Source of the DNA: Burkholderiales bacterium
GTDB lineage: Bacteria; Pseudomonadota; Gammaproteobacteria; Burkholderiales; Burkholderiaceae_C
DNA length: 63,240 bases
Reading direction: 5' to 3'
Assembly: GCA_038230175.1 (NCBI GenBank)
Contig: JBBRNS010000001.1
Span: 1-63,240, forward strand
Shown in pieces: positions 38,618 through 48,535 of this stretch. Every line of letters starts with the position of its first letter. Within the stretch, counting starts at the first letter, position 1. The notes beneath the pieces are model-generated. The model saw only the letters and a program-made list of their open reading frames with translations. It ran no database searches and was not told the origin of the DNA. Both the position numbers and the translations under genes were made by a program.

Positions 38618-40507
38618 ATGACCGGTACCACCAACGTCTGCCCTGAACATAGAACCCTAAGCCGCCAAGCGGTGTGCCTGTCACTGATTCAGGAACTATC
38701 GCAACTGAGAGAATCAATGCTTTTGCGTGCACAGGCAATGGCGCCGGCACTCATTCGTGTTGATCCAAAGTTCCGTGGCAGCGCACACAACTTGGCCCAC
38801 TACCTAGCCCTGCGCGCACACGAACTCCGCCCACTGCAAGAAAAGCTGGCATGGGTGGGGGTGTCATCGCTCGGACGCTCTGAAACCCATGCATTGGCCA
38901 ATCTGGACAAAGTGCTTGGTATTTTGCACTGCCTAACTGGTCAGGGCTGGTTGGACAAGTCCAAAGAAGAACCGGTTGGGAGCCTATCGGGGCCCCGATT
39001 GCTTCACGAACACGCTGACCAATTGCTGGGTAAGTGCCCCGGTGGCCGCTCGACCCGCATTATGGTGACCTTGCCGTCCACCGCCGCAAACAACATAGCC
39101 ATCGCGCAAGAGTTGGTTGCGGCAAGCATGGATATAGCGCGCATCAATTGCGCACACGACTGTGCTGAGGACTGGGCCGCGATGGCCAAAAACGTGCGCA
39201 GCGCGGCAGCTGACGCCGGACGCTGCGTGCGCATCTTGATGGACTTAGGCGGCCCCAAAATACGAACGGGTGAACTAACCCCGCGCCCCGCAGTGCTGAG
39301 AATGCGTCCGCAAAGGGACGAATACGGGCGCCCCTACCGCCCCTACAGATTGGGAATTAAATCCACATTACAGGCACAAGCAATTCCGGACGTCGACGGA
39401 TGTATCGGCGTGGATGGCAAGTGGCTGTCCCACCTTGAAGTCGGCTCCCAAATAGATTTTTCCGATGCGCGCGGCGCAAAGCGGCACCTACTGGTTATCG
39501 AGGTCACTGACCTCGGTGTCATCGCCGAGAGCCTGCAAACCGCCTACGCCACACCCGAAACGCTCTTAACCATCCATGGGTCGCACGGCAAGAAGTGGGC
39601 ATCCACGCTGGCATGCCAAATTGAGCAACTGCCAGGCATGCTTCTGTTGCGACGGGGCGACTTGATTCGGGTCACCGCTAGCCCATCGGACGAAGCCTTG
39701 CGCTACGCAGACGAGTTGTCAGACGAGCAGAGTGCATCACCACACGTTGCATGCACCTCGCCCGAGGTGATACAACAAGTGCAGGTGGGTGAACGCATTT
39801 GGTTTGACGACGGGAAAATTGGTGGCGTTATCCGCAGGATCGCCTCGGGCTGGCTGGAGGTACAAATTACACAAGCCCGGGATGCGGGCGAGAAGTTGAC
39901 CGGGGACAAGGGCATCAACTTACCCGACAGCACGCTGAACCTTCCCGCCCTGACGGGCAAAGACCTTGAAGACCTGAATGCAGTCGCCCGCGATGCGGAC
40001 ATGGTGGGCTTGTCCTTTGTTCACAAAGCCGATGACGTGTACGCCCTGCGCGAGCACTTGGAACGACTAGGCCGAAGTGACATTGGTATTGTCTTAAAAA
40101 TCGAAACGATTACCGGGTTCGAGAATTTGCCGCAGCTCATGCTGGCTGCGATGGCCGGTGGCAGCGCCGGCGTCATGATCGCCCGCGGGGATCTGGCAGT
40201 TGAATGCGGCTACGAACGGTTGGCCGAAGTGCAAGAAGAAATTTTGTGGTGCTCTGAAGCGGCCCACATGCCGGTCATTTGGGCAACACAGGTGCTGGAT
40301 ACCCTTGCGAAAACCGGCACTCCCTCAAGGGCGGAGGTCTCCGACGCAGGCATGGGCGTACGCGCCGAATGTGTGATGCTCAACAAGGGCCCTTACATCA
40401 CGCAGGCCATTCAGATGCTGGACAGCATATTGCGGCGCATGGTCAACCACCAAGACAAAAAGCGCACATTGCTGCGCGCCCTGCATGCATGGGGCGGCGC
40501 TGGTTGA
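38618..40507 (+). CDS. pyk: Pyruvate kinase, long form (629 aa)
   Basis: RINCAH, DLGGPKIR, DDGKI, KGINLP, LSFV, LKIET, MIARGDL, ATQVL, CVMLNKG. Confidence 0.88.
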   Translation: MTGTTNVCPEHRTLSRQAVCLSLIQELSQLRESMLLRAQAMAPALIRVDPKFRGSAHNLAHYLALRAHELRPLQEKLAWVGVSSLGRSETHALANLDKVLGILHCLTGQGWLDKSKEEPVGSLSGPRLLHEHADQLLGKCPGGRSTRIMVTLPSTAANNIAIAQELVAASMDIARINCAHDCAEDWAAMAKNVRSAAADAGRCVRILMDLGGPKIRTGELTPRPAVLRMRPQRDEYGRPYRPYRLGIKSTLQAQAIPDVDGCIGVDGKWLSHLEVGSQIDFSDARGAKRHLLVIEVTDLGVIAESLQTAYATPETLLTIHGSHGKKWASTLACQIEQLPGMLLLRRGDLIRVTASPSDEALRYADELSDEQSASPHVACTSPEVIQQVQVGERIWFDDGKIGGVIRRIASGWLEVQITQARDAGEKLTGDKGINLPDSTLNLPALTGKDLEDLNAVARDADMVGLSFVHKADDVYALREHLERLGRSDIGIVLKIETITGFENLPQLMLAAMAGGSAGVMIARGDLAVECGYERLAEVQEEILWCSEAAHMPVIWATQVLDTLAKTGTPSRAEVSDAGMGVRAECVMLNKGPYITQAIQMLDSILRRMVNHQDKKRTLLRALHAWGGAG

Positions 40508-40524
40508 AACACCACGTAGTGCCT

Positions 40525-40647
40525 TTACACCCCATTTCTGCGCCACCGTAGCCAGCGCGCACGCTGCAGCGCAAGTAGTTCAACGGAACCCCAAATGACG
40601 CTGCCAAACGCCACGCCCACAGTCAAACCAACGCGCTGGATATTCAT
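40525..40647 (-). CDS. Small (40 aa) single-TM basic-tailed protein
   Basis: MNIQRVGLTVGVAFGSVIWGSVELLALQRARWLRWRRNGV with AGGGG RBS and own Pho-type promoter. Confidence 0.6.
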   Translation of the reverse strand: MNIQRVGLTVGVAFGSVIWGSVELLALQRARWLRWRRNGV

Positions 40648-40681
40648 GCTCGATGCCCCTACTTTGGTTAAAAGACGCACC

Positions 40682-40715
40682 ATCGTAGGGTGCGCAGATG
40701 ACAGTTTCAAGACAC
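40682..40715 (-). promoter_or_regulatory. Pho box promoter of the 40-aa gene
   Basis: GTGTCTT-GAAA-CTGTCAT, exactly 10 nt, TACGAT. Confidence 0.75.
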
Positions 40716-40817
40716 AAGCGCGGATATATTTTTCATAGACTGGGCCGCGAGAAGCCGGTTCGACCGTATGCTTTCCAAGCTTGGCATATCACATCCACCT
40801 CTCTCTCGCAAACCCCT

Positions 40818-41840
40818 GTGCAAACCCACAAACACCCTGAGCTTGATGCCTTAGAACGCACGCTTGCACTGGGCGCTGGGCATCTGGATGTCAAGGTGGT
40901 GCGGCAGGTCGAATCGCTCAAGGGCACACCATTGCCGGTGTATTCCATCAGCCTTGGCAACCCCAGCCCCGATGTACCGGCTATGGGGTTTTTTGGCGGC
41001 TTGCATGGACTGGAGCGCATTGGCGCGGAGGTGGTCATTGCCTACCTGCACAGTATCGTTATGCGACTGCAATGGGACGCCACCTTGCACAAGCAGTTGG
41101 AAGCCATGCGGCTCGTCTTTATGCCCATCATCAATCCCGGCGGGATGTTGATGGGCACCCGGGCCAACCCGCGTGGCGTTGATCTGATGCGCAACGCACC
41201 GATTGATGCGGTGGATTCCGTGCCGTTTCTCGTCGGTGGTCAGCGCTTGAGTGCGGGGCTTCCCTGGTTCCGTGGTCATCAAGGTGCTGCCATGGAGGCC
41301 GAGAACCAGGCGCTATGTGAAGTGGTTCACACTGAATTGCTCAGCCACCCATTCAGCATTGCACTGGATTGCCACTCTGGCTTTGGCGTGCGCGACCGCA
41401 TTTGGTTTCCCTACGCCCATACCCGCGAGCCCATAACGCACTTGGCCGAAATGCAGGCGTTGCAGCGCATATTTACCAAGACCTACAGCAACCATGCATA
41501 TGTGTTTGAGCCGCAAAGCCTGCAGTACCTGGCCCATGGCGATATATGGGACTATTTGTACCAACAGAGTTGCGAAAAAGCGGGGCGCGTGTTGCTGCCG
41601 CTCACACTCGAGATGGGTTCGTGGTTATGGATTAAGAAAAATCCGCGCCAACTCTTCTCGCGCAACGGGATCTTTAACCCGCTGATTGCACACCGCCAGC
41701 ACCGTGTTTTACGCCGCCACCTCTCGTTGCTGGATTTTCTAGCGCGCGCTAGTTGCAGCTACACACGCTGGACGCCGACGGACCCCACTACCCGTGACGC
41801 TATGCGCGCCGAAGCCATGCGCAACTGGTATGCACGCTAG
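40818..41840 (+). CDS. M14-like zinc carboxypeptidase (start uncertain)
   Basis: HGLE, NPGG, RANPRGVDLMRN, DCHSG, TLEMG. Confidence 0.8.
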   Translation: MQTHKHPELDALERTLALGAGHLDVKVVRQVESLKGTPLPVYSISLGNPSPDVPAMGFFGGLHGLERIGAEVVIAYLHSIVMRLQWDATLHKQLEAMRLVFMPIINPGGMLMGTRANPRGVDLMRNAPIDAVDSVPFLVGGQRLSAGLPWFRGHQGAAMEAENQALCEVVHTELLSHPFSIALDCHSGFGVRDRIWFPYAHTREPITHLAEMQALQRIFTKTYSNHAYVFEPQSLQYLAHGDIWDYLYQQSCEKAGRVLLPLTLEMGSWLWIKKNPRQLFSRNGIFNPLIAHRQHRVLRRHLSLLDFLARASCSYTRWTPTDPTTRDAMRAEAMRNWYAR

Positions 41841-41855
41841 CCCTGCGGAATGCCG

Positions 41856-42431
41856 TCATGGTGCGACAAACGGACCACCGTGAATAGAGTCCAACACCGA
41901 TTTCAACACCACCTCCATGCCCGCGTCATAGTCGGCGGCATTGCCCGCCAGTTGGGGCCACACCATACGCACACCGACCGCAATGTCGGGCACGTCGGCC
42001 ACGCCGCTGCGCTTGGCGTCAACGATGGTGTAGTGGGTATCACCCTGCACGGCGGCTTGGCGGTAGACGGTCCATGGACCTAGTGCCTGTGCCTTGGGGC
42101 GCGCCGGGCCGTACTGCTTGACCGGTGTTTTGAACGCAGTGCGTGCCTCGGCCGACTGGGTGTCGTACAGCGCAATCACGATGTTGCTCGAATCGGGCGT
42201 ACCCGCATCGGCCGGATTGGGTATGCGAAAGGCTGCCGATGCAATGGGCGGCTTTATCTGCATGGACAGCACCGGCCAATCACCCTCCACCGAGAAGGCT
42301 ACAAATCCCTTGGTGGTGGGAATTTTGAGCTCGGTACTGGCGAAAGCCACAGAACCCTGCGCGACCAACGCCGCAGCCAAAACGACTATTGCAAGGGTTT
42401 GAATACCCTTAATCCACGCCATACGAATCAT
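41856..42431 (-). CDS. Hypothetical exported protein
   Basis: Signal-peptide-like N-terminus; ORF fills the gap after moaE. Confidence 0.6.
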   Translation of the reverse strand: MIRMAWIKGIQTLAIVVLAAALVAQGSVAFASTELKIPTTKGFVAFSVEGDWPVLSMQIKPPIASAAFRIPNPADAGTPDSSNIVIALYDTQSAEARTAFKTPVKQYGPARPKAQALGPWTVYRQAAVQGDTHYTIVDAKRSGVADVPDIAVGVRMVWPQLAGNAADYDAGMEVVLKSVLDSIHGGPFVAP

Positions 42432-42464
42432 TGCACTACTTCCGCTGTGTAAGTCACAAACCAA

Positions 42465-42962
42465 TTATGGGGCGTTGGACGCCAGAATGCCCCACTTGGC
42501 CAGCGCGGAATCATCGCTAACCCGCGCGTCCACCCACTGGGCGCCGTCGGGGGTTTGCTCTTTTTTCCAAAAAGGGGCCTGGGTTTTGAGGTAGTCCATC
42601 AAAAACTCACAGGCCTGAAAACTCTCACCCCGGTGGGCGGATGTGACCGCCACCAACACAATTTGGTCGAGCGGCTGCAACACGCCCACCCGGTGGATCA
42701 CGCGGGCACCAAAAATATCAACACGACTGTGGGCTGCGTCGATCATGGCCTCAATCGCCTGCTCGGTCATGCCAGGGTAGTGCTCTAGCTCCATAGATTG
42801 GATAGAGCCCGGGGCGGTATTCTCATCGCGATTGCGGTCGCGTACCGTGCCAATAAAACTGCAGACTGCGCCCACACGGTGGTCATTGGCACGCAAAGCT
42901 GCGACCTCTCGCGCCACATCAAAGTCTTCGGTCTGGATGGATACACGGCAGGGTGATGTCAT
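42465..42962 (-). CDS. moaE: Molybdopterin synthase catalytic subunit
   Basis: FIGTVR, EHYPGM, HRVG, APFWKKE. Confidence 0.95.
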   Translation of the reverse strand: MTSPCRVSIQTEDFDVAREVAALRANDHRVGAVCSFIGTVRDRNRDENTAPGSIQSMELEHYPGMTEQAIEAMIDAAHSRVDIFGARVIHRVGVLQPLDQIVLVAVTSAHRGESFQACEFLMDYLKTQAPFWKKEQTPDGAQWVDARVSDDSALAKWGILASNAP

Positions 42963-42980
42963 GGTTGCAGTTCGACGGGG

Positions 42981-44813
42981 TTACTGACTTTTGGTGGTTG
43001 GATGGCGCTGTGCGTCCTCTTGCAAGGACTTCATAGGGTCAGTCTGGGGCTGTGCAGCGGCTTCGGGCTCGGGCATGGTGAGCTCGGCATCGGTTACGCC
43101 GCCATCCATGGTCGGAGCTGGCGCGTCCATTTCGGCCTTGGGCATTTCCAGCTGCTGCATGATTTCTTCGGCGTTGAGCGTCTGTTCTTTTTCAATTCCG
43201 CCGGTGACCAGCACAGGGAACACCACCACCGCTACGACCATAATTAGTTGCAGCACGATGAAGGCGATGGAGCCTTTGTAGATTTCAGTGGTTTTGACGG
43301 CTGGGATCAGCTTGCCGGTGAGCCTGTCTTTGTAGTCAAACTTGGCGGCCACGCTGCGCAGGTAAAACAGAGCAAAGCCAAAGGGTGGCGTTAAAAACGA
43401 GGTTTGCAGGTTCATGGCGATGATGACGCCGAACCAGATCATGGCTTGGTCGGGTGTCATGCCGGGCACCAAACCGGGCAGCAACTTTTCGGCAACGGGT
43501 GCGAGCAGCGGGATGACGATAAACGCGATTTCGAAGAAGTCAATAAAGCAGCCCAGCACGAACACCAACAGATTCACCACCAACAAGAAGCCCCAGGCAC
43601 CACCCGGCATTTTGGCAAACAAGTGCTCCACCCAAATATGGCCGTCGGCCGCGTTGAAGGTGAAACTAAATACGGTGGAGCCAATCAGGATAAATAGCAC
43701 AAACGAGGCCAACTTGGCCGTGCTCTCCAGTGCCTGGGTCAGTATGCGCATCTTCAGGCGGCCCTTGCCCTTGGCGAGTATCAACGCGCCCAAAGCCCCC
43801 ATCGCACCGCCCTCGGTGGGTGTGGAAACACCCAGAAAAATGGTACCTAGCACTAAAAAGATCAGAATGAGCGGCGGCATCAGCACGAAGGTGACCTGCT
43901 CGGCCAGGCGCGACAAAAGGTGTAGCCCACTGAGGTGATTAAGGATGGCCAACGCAAGACCAGTCAGCGACGCCACGGTGAGCGACATGATGACGATTTC
44001 ATCGACTTCTGAGGGCTTCGAGCGCTCCAGCCATTGGGTCATCAAACCATTGTGAAAATGCGCCCAGGTCCACCCTACCGCCGCGCACAGCAGCACCAGC
44101 ACCAGCAGAGAGCGGTGGCCTGATTGGCCATTGTCTTCTTTGAACAGCAGCGCCTCGGGCGGCAGTGCCGGAACCATGGCCGGCTTAAAAATTGCAACGG
44201 CCACGATGAAGGCGATGTACAGGCCCACCAGCATGAGGCCGGGAACCAGAGCGCCGGCGTACATATCGCCCACCGAGCGGCCCAGTTGGTCAGCCAGCAC
44301 GATCAGCACCAGCGACGGCGGTATCGCCTGCGCCAGCGTACCCGACGCGGTAATGGCTCCGGTGGCGATGGTGCGGTTGTAGCCATAACGCAGCATCACC
44401 GGCAGCGAAATCAGGCCCATGGAAATAACCGCTGCAGCCACCACACCGGTGGTTGCCGCCAACAGCGCGCCCACCAAAATCACGGCAATGGCAACCCCGC
44501 CGCGCACCGGCCCAAACACCTGACCCACGGTTTCGAGCAGGTCTTCGGCCATGCCAGATCGCTCCAAAATGATACCCATAAAGGTAAAGAAAGGAATGGC
44601 CAGCAAGGTGTCGTTTTGCATGATGCCGAATATGCGCAGTGGCAAGGCCTGAAACAGCGCGGCTGGAACAATGCCCGCCTCAATACCGACAAAACCAAAG
44701 GCCAACCCAGTAGCCGCCAAACCAAAGGCGACCGGGAACCCGGTAAGCAACAGCACAAACAGTCCCAAAAACATAAGCGGGACAAACTGTTGGGCCAAAA
44801 ACGTGGTCTGCAT
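42981..44813 (-). CDS. dctM: TRAP transporter large permease
   Basis: LLAIPFF, GTLAQAIPPS, TPTEGG, SFLTPPFG. Confidence 0.92.
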   Translation of the reverse strand: MQTTFLAQQFVPLMFLGLFVLLLTGFPVAFGLAATGLAFGFVGIEAGIVPAALFQALPLRIFGIMQNDTLLAIPFFTFMGIILERSGMAEDLLETVGQVFGPVRGGVAIAVILVGALLAATTGVVAAAVISMGLISLPVMLRYGYNRTIATGAITASGTLAQAIPPSLVLIVLADQLGRSVGDMYAGALVPGLMLVGLYIAFIVAVAIFKPAMVPALPPEALLFKEDNGQSGHRSLLVLVLLCAAVGWTWAHFHNGLMTQWLERSKPSEVDEIVIMSLTVASLTGLALAILNHLSGLHLLSRLAEQVTFVLMPPLILIFLVLGTIFLGVSTPTEGGAMGALGALILAKGKGRLKMRILTQALESTAKLASFVLFILIGSTVFSFTFNAADGHIWVEHLFAKMPGGAWGFLLVVNLLVFVLGCFIDFFEIAFIVIPLLAPVAEKLLPGLVPGMTPDQAMIWFGVIIAMNLQTSFLTPPFGFALFYLRSVAAKFDYKDRLTGKLIPAVKTTEIYKGSIAFIVLQLIMVVAVVVFPVLVTGGIEKEQTLNAEEIMQQLEMPKAEMDAPAPTMDGGVTDAELTMPEPEAAAQPQTDPMKSLQEDAQRHPTTKSQ

Positions 44814-45416
44814 CTAGCGCTCTCCTGCCAGCAAACGCGCAGTTTGGGCTTCGAGTTCCTCAACTTTTTTCTGGTCGTCCGATTTGGCTTCTTCGCTGCT
44901 CAGCACATCGGGGCCATTGCCCGTCAAAAAGGCGACGCGTTTGATCAACTCAGACAGACCCTGCAACAGCAATAGCGCAAAGCCCAAGGGAATGAGCCCG
45001 TAGACCGGCCACCGGATTAGGCCGCCGGCATTTTGTGACATCTCACCGCTGGTCAACGCTTGTGTAAAAAAGGGCCACGCCAGTGTGATGATGACCCCGC
45101 AGAAGGGGAACAGCACCAGCACAATGCCTGCCACATCAATCCAGTTGCGGGTATGCGCGCTGAGTTTGCTGGAGATAAAGTCAATACGCACATGGGCATT
45201 CTTCAAAAAACCATAACCTGCACCCAGCAAAAAGACGGCCGCAAACAGGTACCACTGGATCTCTAAGAGCGAATTGGAGCTGGCGTTAAAAATTTTACGC
45301 ACCAAGGCGTTACCGGCGCTGATGAGGGTGGTGGCCAAAATGAGCCACATGGTGAACCTGCCAACCAAGGTGTTGCATTGGTCAATACGTCGGGACAGCG
45401 ATAGTAGGAGGGCCAT
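44814..45416 (-). CDS. dctQ: TRAP transporter small permease
   Basis: EIQWYLF, HVRID, 4 TM. Confidence 0.9.
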   Translation of the reverse strand: MALLLSLSRRIDQCNTLVGRFTMWLILATTLISAGNALVRKIFNASSNSLLEIQWYLFAAVFLLGAGYGFLKNAHVRIDFISSKLSAHTRNWIDVAGIVLVLFPFCGVIITLAWPFFTQALTSGEMSQNAGGLIRWPVYGLIPLGFALLLLQGLSELIKRVAFLTGNGPDVLSSEEAKSDDQKKVEELEAQTARLLAGER

Positions 45417-45505
45417 AGTGTCTGTGCAAAGGTCGTATTAGGTTTTGCCGGCGATAGTCACTACCGCAAAAGATGGCAAAGTCTAAAGCCTAAGCGCCCG
45501 CCCCA

Positions 45506-45754
45506 CTAGCCCCCGGTCACTGGTGGGAAAAACGCCACCTCGGCACCCACTGGCAGGGCATCGGATTCTTGTGCCATGACCTGATTGATCGCCATACGCA
45601 CCGCCTTGCCATGCGCTAGGCTCTCGGCATACGCACCACCCCGGGCAATCAGTTGCTCACGCAATGCCGCCAGCGTGGCGGCCTGCGTATCCACGACCTC
45701 TTGGCCGTGGCCAATGGACTCGCGGATGGATGCAAAAAATTTCACGGTGACCAT
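45506..45754 (-). CDS. moaD: Molybdopterin synthase sulfur carrier
   Basis: FFASIRE; C-terminal PPVTGG. Confidence 0.95.
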   Translation of the reverse strand: MVTVKFFASIRESIGHGQEVVDTQAATLAALREQLIARGGAYAESLAHGKAVRMAINQVMAQESDALPVGAEVAFFPPVTGG

Positions 45755-45763
45755 GCGCTGACC

Positions 45764-47017
45764 CTATGCCAAGAGTTGGGAAAATGGGAGGAACTGCACC
45801 ATATCGCCAGCCGCAATCGTTGCGCCGCCCAGCTTGTCGACCAAGCCATCGCCCCACACGGCCGAGGTAAGGACACCCGAGCTCTGGTTAGGGAACAGGT
45901 CTACACCACCTGCAGTATTACGACGCACCCGCAAAAACTCCCGGCGTTTCTCAGGCTTGGTCCAATTGAAGTCGGCGCGCATGGTAATGGGCTGCATGGC
46001 CGTATCGGCAACACCTTGCAAGCGCAGCAAGAAGGGGCGGACCAGCACCAGAAAAGTCACAAAGCTGGCCACCGGGTTGCCCGGCAAGCCCACAAAATGG
46101 GCCTGCCCGACGCGGCCATGGGCAAAAGGTTTTCCGGGTTTCATGGCGATTTGCCACAGGTCCAGCGAACCCAGCGCCTGTACGGCGGGCTTGATGTGGT
46201 CTTCCTCCCCCACCGAGACACCGCCGCTGGTCAGGATCACGTCGTGCACGGCCGCAGCCTGCGCCAGCGCGGCCACGGTGGCCTCACGCTGGTCGGGCAC
46301 GATACCCATGTCGGTGACATCACAGCCCATGCGGCGCAGCAGGGCCGCCAAAAAGAACCGGTTGGAGTTGTAGATGGCGCCCGGCGCCATGTCTTGCGGC
46401 GCCACCGCACCGGGCATGACCAGCTCGTCCCCGGTGGAAAACAATGCCACACGTGGGCGGCGCACCACGCTCAATCGTTCCAAGCCAATACTAGCGGCCA
46501 GGCCCAGCTCGGCCGGCCCTAGGCGGCAGCCACGGGCCAACACGACAGCACCACGCGCCACATCCTCGCCTGCGCGACGGATGTTTTGCCCTTCATACGG
46601 CTGCACATTCACCTGTACCCGTGCGGGCGCCGTGCCGGTGGCATCTGACACCACAGTGCAGTCTTCTTGCATCACCACCGCATAGGTGCCCTGGGGCACC
46701 GGTGCGCCGGTAAAAATGCGGGCCGCCGTGCCGGGCTGCAAGGGTTGGCCTGCTGTGCCTGCGGCAATACGTTGGGCCACAGGCAAGACCACACCCGCAC
46801 TGGTGACGTCAACCCGGCGCAGGGCGTAGCCGTCCATGGCACTGTTGTCGTGGGGCGGCACGTGCAGGCCAGAGACGGCATCTTGCGCCAGCACGCGTCC
46901 GTCGGCGTCCAGGGTGGCGACCTGCTCGGTGTCTTGCAAAGGCGTGGCCTGGGCCAATAGCTGCTGCAGGGCAGCGTCTAAGGACAGCAGGGGTGCTCGG
47001 GGCGGCGTAACAGGCAT
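45764..47017 (-). CDS. moeA: Molybdopterin molybdotransferase
   Basis: SAMDGYA, RIFTGA, STGDEL, SGGVSVG, KPGKP, LPGNP. Confidence 0.95.
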   Translation of the reverse strand: MPVTPPRAPLLSLDAALQQLLAQATPLQDTEQVATLDADGRVLAQDAVSGLHVPPHDNSAMDGYALRRVDVTSAGVVLPVAQRIAAGTAGQPLQPGTAARIFTGAPVPQGTYAVVMQEDCTVVSDATGTAPARVQVNVQPYEGQNIRRAGEDVARGAVVLARGCRLGPAELGLAASIGLERLSVVRRPRVALFSTGDELVMPGAVAPQDMAPGAIYNSNRFFLAALLRRMGCDVTDMGIVPDQREATVAALAQAAAVHDVILTSGGVSVGEEDHIKPAVQALGSLDLWQIAMKPGKPFAHGRVGQAHFVGLPGNPVASFVTFLVLVRPFLLRLQGVADTAMQPITMRADFNWTKPEKRREFLRVRRNTAGGVDLFPNQSSGVLTSAVWGDGLVDKLGGATIAAGDMVQFLPFSQLLA

Positions 47018-47033
47018 GCAATGAACCTCTGTT

Positions 47034-47098
47034 TGCTATATTTCTTATAGCGGCTTGCGCAAGTCCTACGAGGGCTAGAGCCCTATTTCATCTAAAAA
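47034..47098 (+). repeat. Dispersed repeat copy F
   Basis: TGCTAT-N7-ATAGC-GGCTTGCGC-AAGTCCTA-CGAGGGCTAG-AGCCCTATTT; abuts thrC stop. Confidence 0.9.
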
Positions 47099-48535
47099 TC
47101 ACGCTGGAAGGGCGCATTCTTGGACGATCAGCGCTTTGATGGCGTCTACGTCAGCGTCCATCACCAACACCCGCTTGGGCAAGGCTTCAATGCCATCAAA
47201 CTTGGCCGGCCGGTCGGGCTCACGCCCCAGGGCCTCGACAATGGTTTCGGCAAACTTGATGGGCAATGCGGTTTCCAGCACCAGCATAGGCACGCCAGGG
47301 GTCAAATGCTCGCGCGCCACCTTGACACCGTCGGCGGTGTGGGTGTCGATCATCACGCCGTGGCGCTGCCAGGTGTCGCGAATGGTCGCCAGGCGGTTGG
47401 CATGGGTGCTCTTGCCACTGACAAAACCATAACGCTCTGCGCAGTGCAAAAAGGCTGGGTCTTGGCTGAGGTCAAAGCGCCCTGCTTTGGCCAGCTGGGG
47501 CCCCAACAGGTCGGCGGTGCGCGCGCCGTCGCGGCCCAGCAGGTCAAACACAAAACGCTCGAAGTTGCTGGCTTTGGAAATGTCCATGGACGGGCTAGAG
47601 GTCTCGTGCGTGTCGGCACTGCCCCGCACGCGGTAGATACCGGTACGGAAAAATTCGTCGAGCACATCGTTCTCATTCGTAGCCACTACCAGCTTATCCA
47701 CGGGCACGCCCATCATGCGGGCGACGTGGCCAGCGCAGACGTTGCCAAAATTGCCCGACGGCACGGTAAAACTCACTTTTTGGTCGTTTGTTGTGGTCGC
47801 CTGGATATAACCCGCAAAGTAGTACACCACCTGGGCCAGCAATCGCGCCCAATTGATGGAGTTGACGGTGCCAATCTTGTATTGGCGCTTGAACGCTAGG
47901 TCGTTAGACACGGCCTTGACCATGTCTTGGCAGTCATCAAATACGCCCTTGACGGCAATGTTGTAGATGTTGGCGTCCATCAGGCTGAACATCTGTGCCT
48001 GCTGAAAAGCGCTCATGCGACCGTAGGGGCTAGTCATGAAAACGCGCACGCCCTTTTTGCCGCGCATGGCGTATTCGGCCGCACTGCCGGTGTCGCCGCT
48101 GGTGGCGCCCAAAATGTTCAGCTCTTCACCCCGGCGCGCCAACTCATACTCAAAAAGATTGCCCAGCAGCTGCATGGCCATGTCTTTGAACGCCAGCGTT
48201 GGGCCGTTGGACAGGGCCTCTAGGGATAGGCCGTCTTCCAGGTGGCGCAGGGGCACGATCTCGCCGGTTCCGTACACCTCGGCGGTGTAGGTCTTAGCGC
48301 ACAGGGCGCGCAGGTCTGCTGCAGGGATGTCGTCAATGTAGAGCGACAGCACCTCAAACGCCAATGCTGCGTAACCTTGCTCGTGGTACACCGCGCGCCA
48401 CTGGGTCAGGGTGGCGTCGCTGACCTGTGGGTAGGACTCGGGCAGGTACAGGCCACCGTCCGGCGCCAAGCCTTCGAGCAGGATTTCACAAAAGCGCTTG
48501 CGCTCCGGATTACCCCGGGTACTGATGTACTTCAT
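47099..48535 (-). CDS. thrC: Threonine synthase
   Basis: YISTRG, GPTLAFKD, ATSGDTG, NSINWAR, PSGNFG. Confidence 0.96.
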   Translation of the reverse strand: MKYISTRGNPERKRFCEILLEGLAPDGGLYLPESYPQVSDATLTQWRAVYHEQGYAALAFEVLSLYIDDIPAADLRALCAKTYTAEVYGTGEIVPLRHLEDGLSLEALSNGPTLAFKDMAMQLLGNLFEYELARRGEELNILGATSGDTGSAAEYAMRGKKGVRVFMTSPYGRMSAFQQAQMFSLMDANIYNIAVKGVFDDCQDMVKAVSNDLAFKRQYKIGTVNSINWARLLAQVVYYFAGYIQATTTNDQKVSFTVPSGNFGNVCAGHVARMMGVPVDKLVVATNENDVLDEFFRTGIYRVRGSADTHETSSPSMDISKASNFERFVFDLLGRDGARTADLLGPQLAKAGRFDLSQDPAFLHCAERYGFVSGKSTHANRLATIRDTWQRHGVMIDTHTADGVKVAREHLTPGVPMLVLETALPIKFAETIVEALGREPDRPAKFDGIEALPKRVLVMDADVDAIKALIVQECALPA

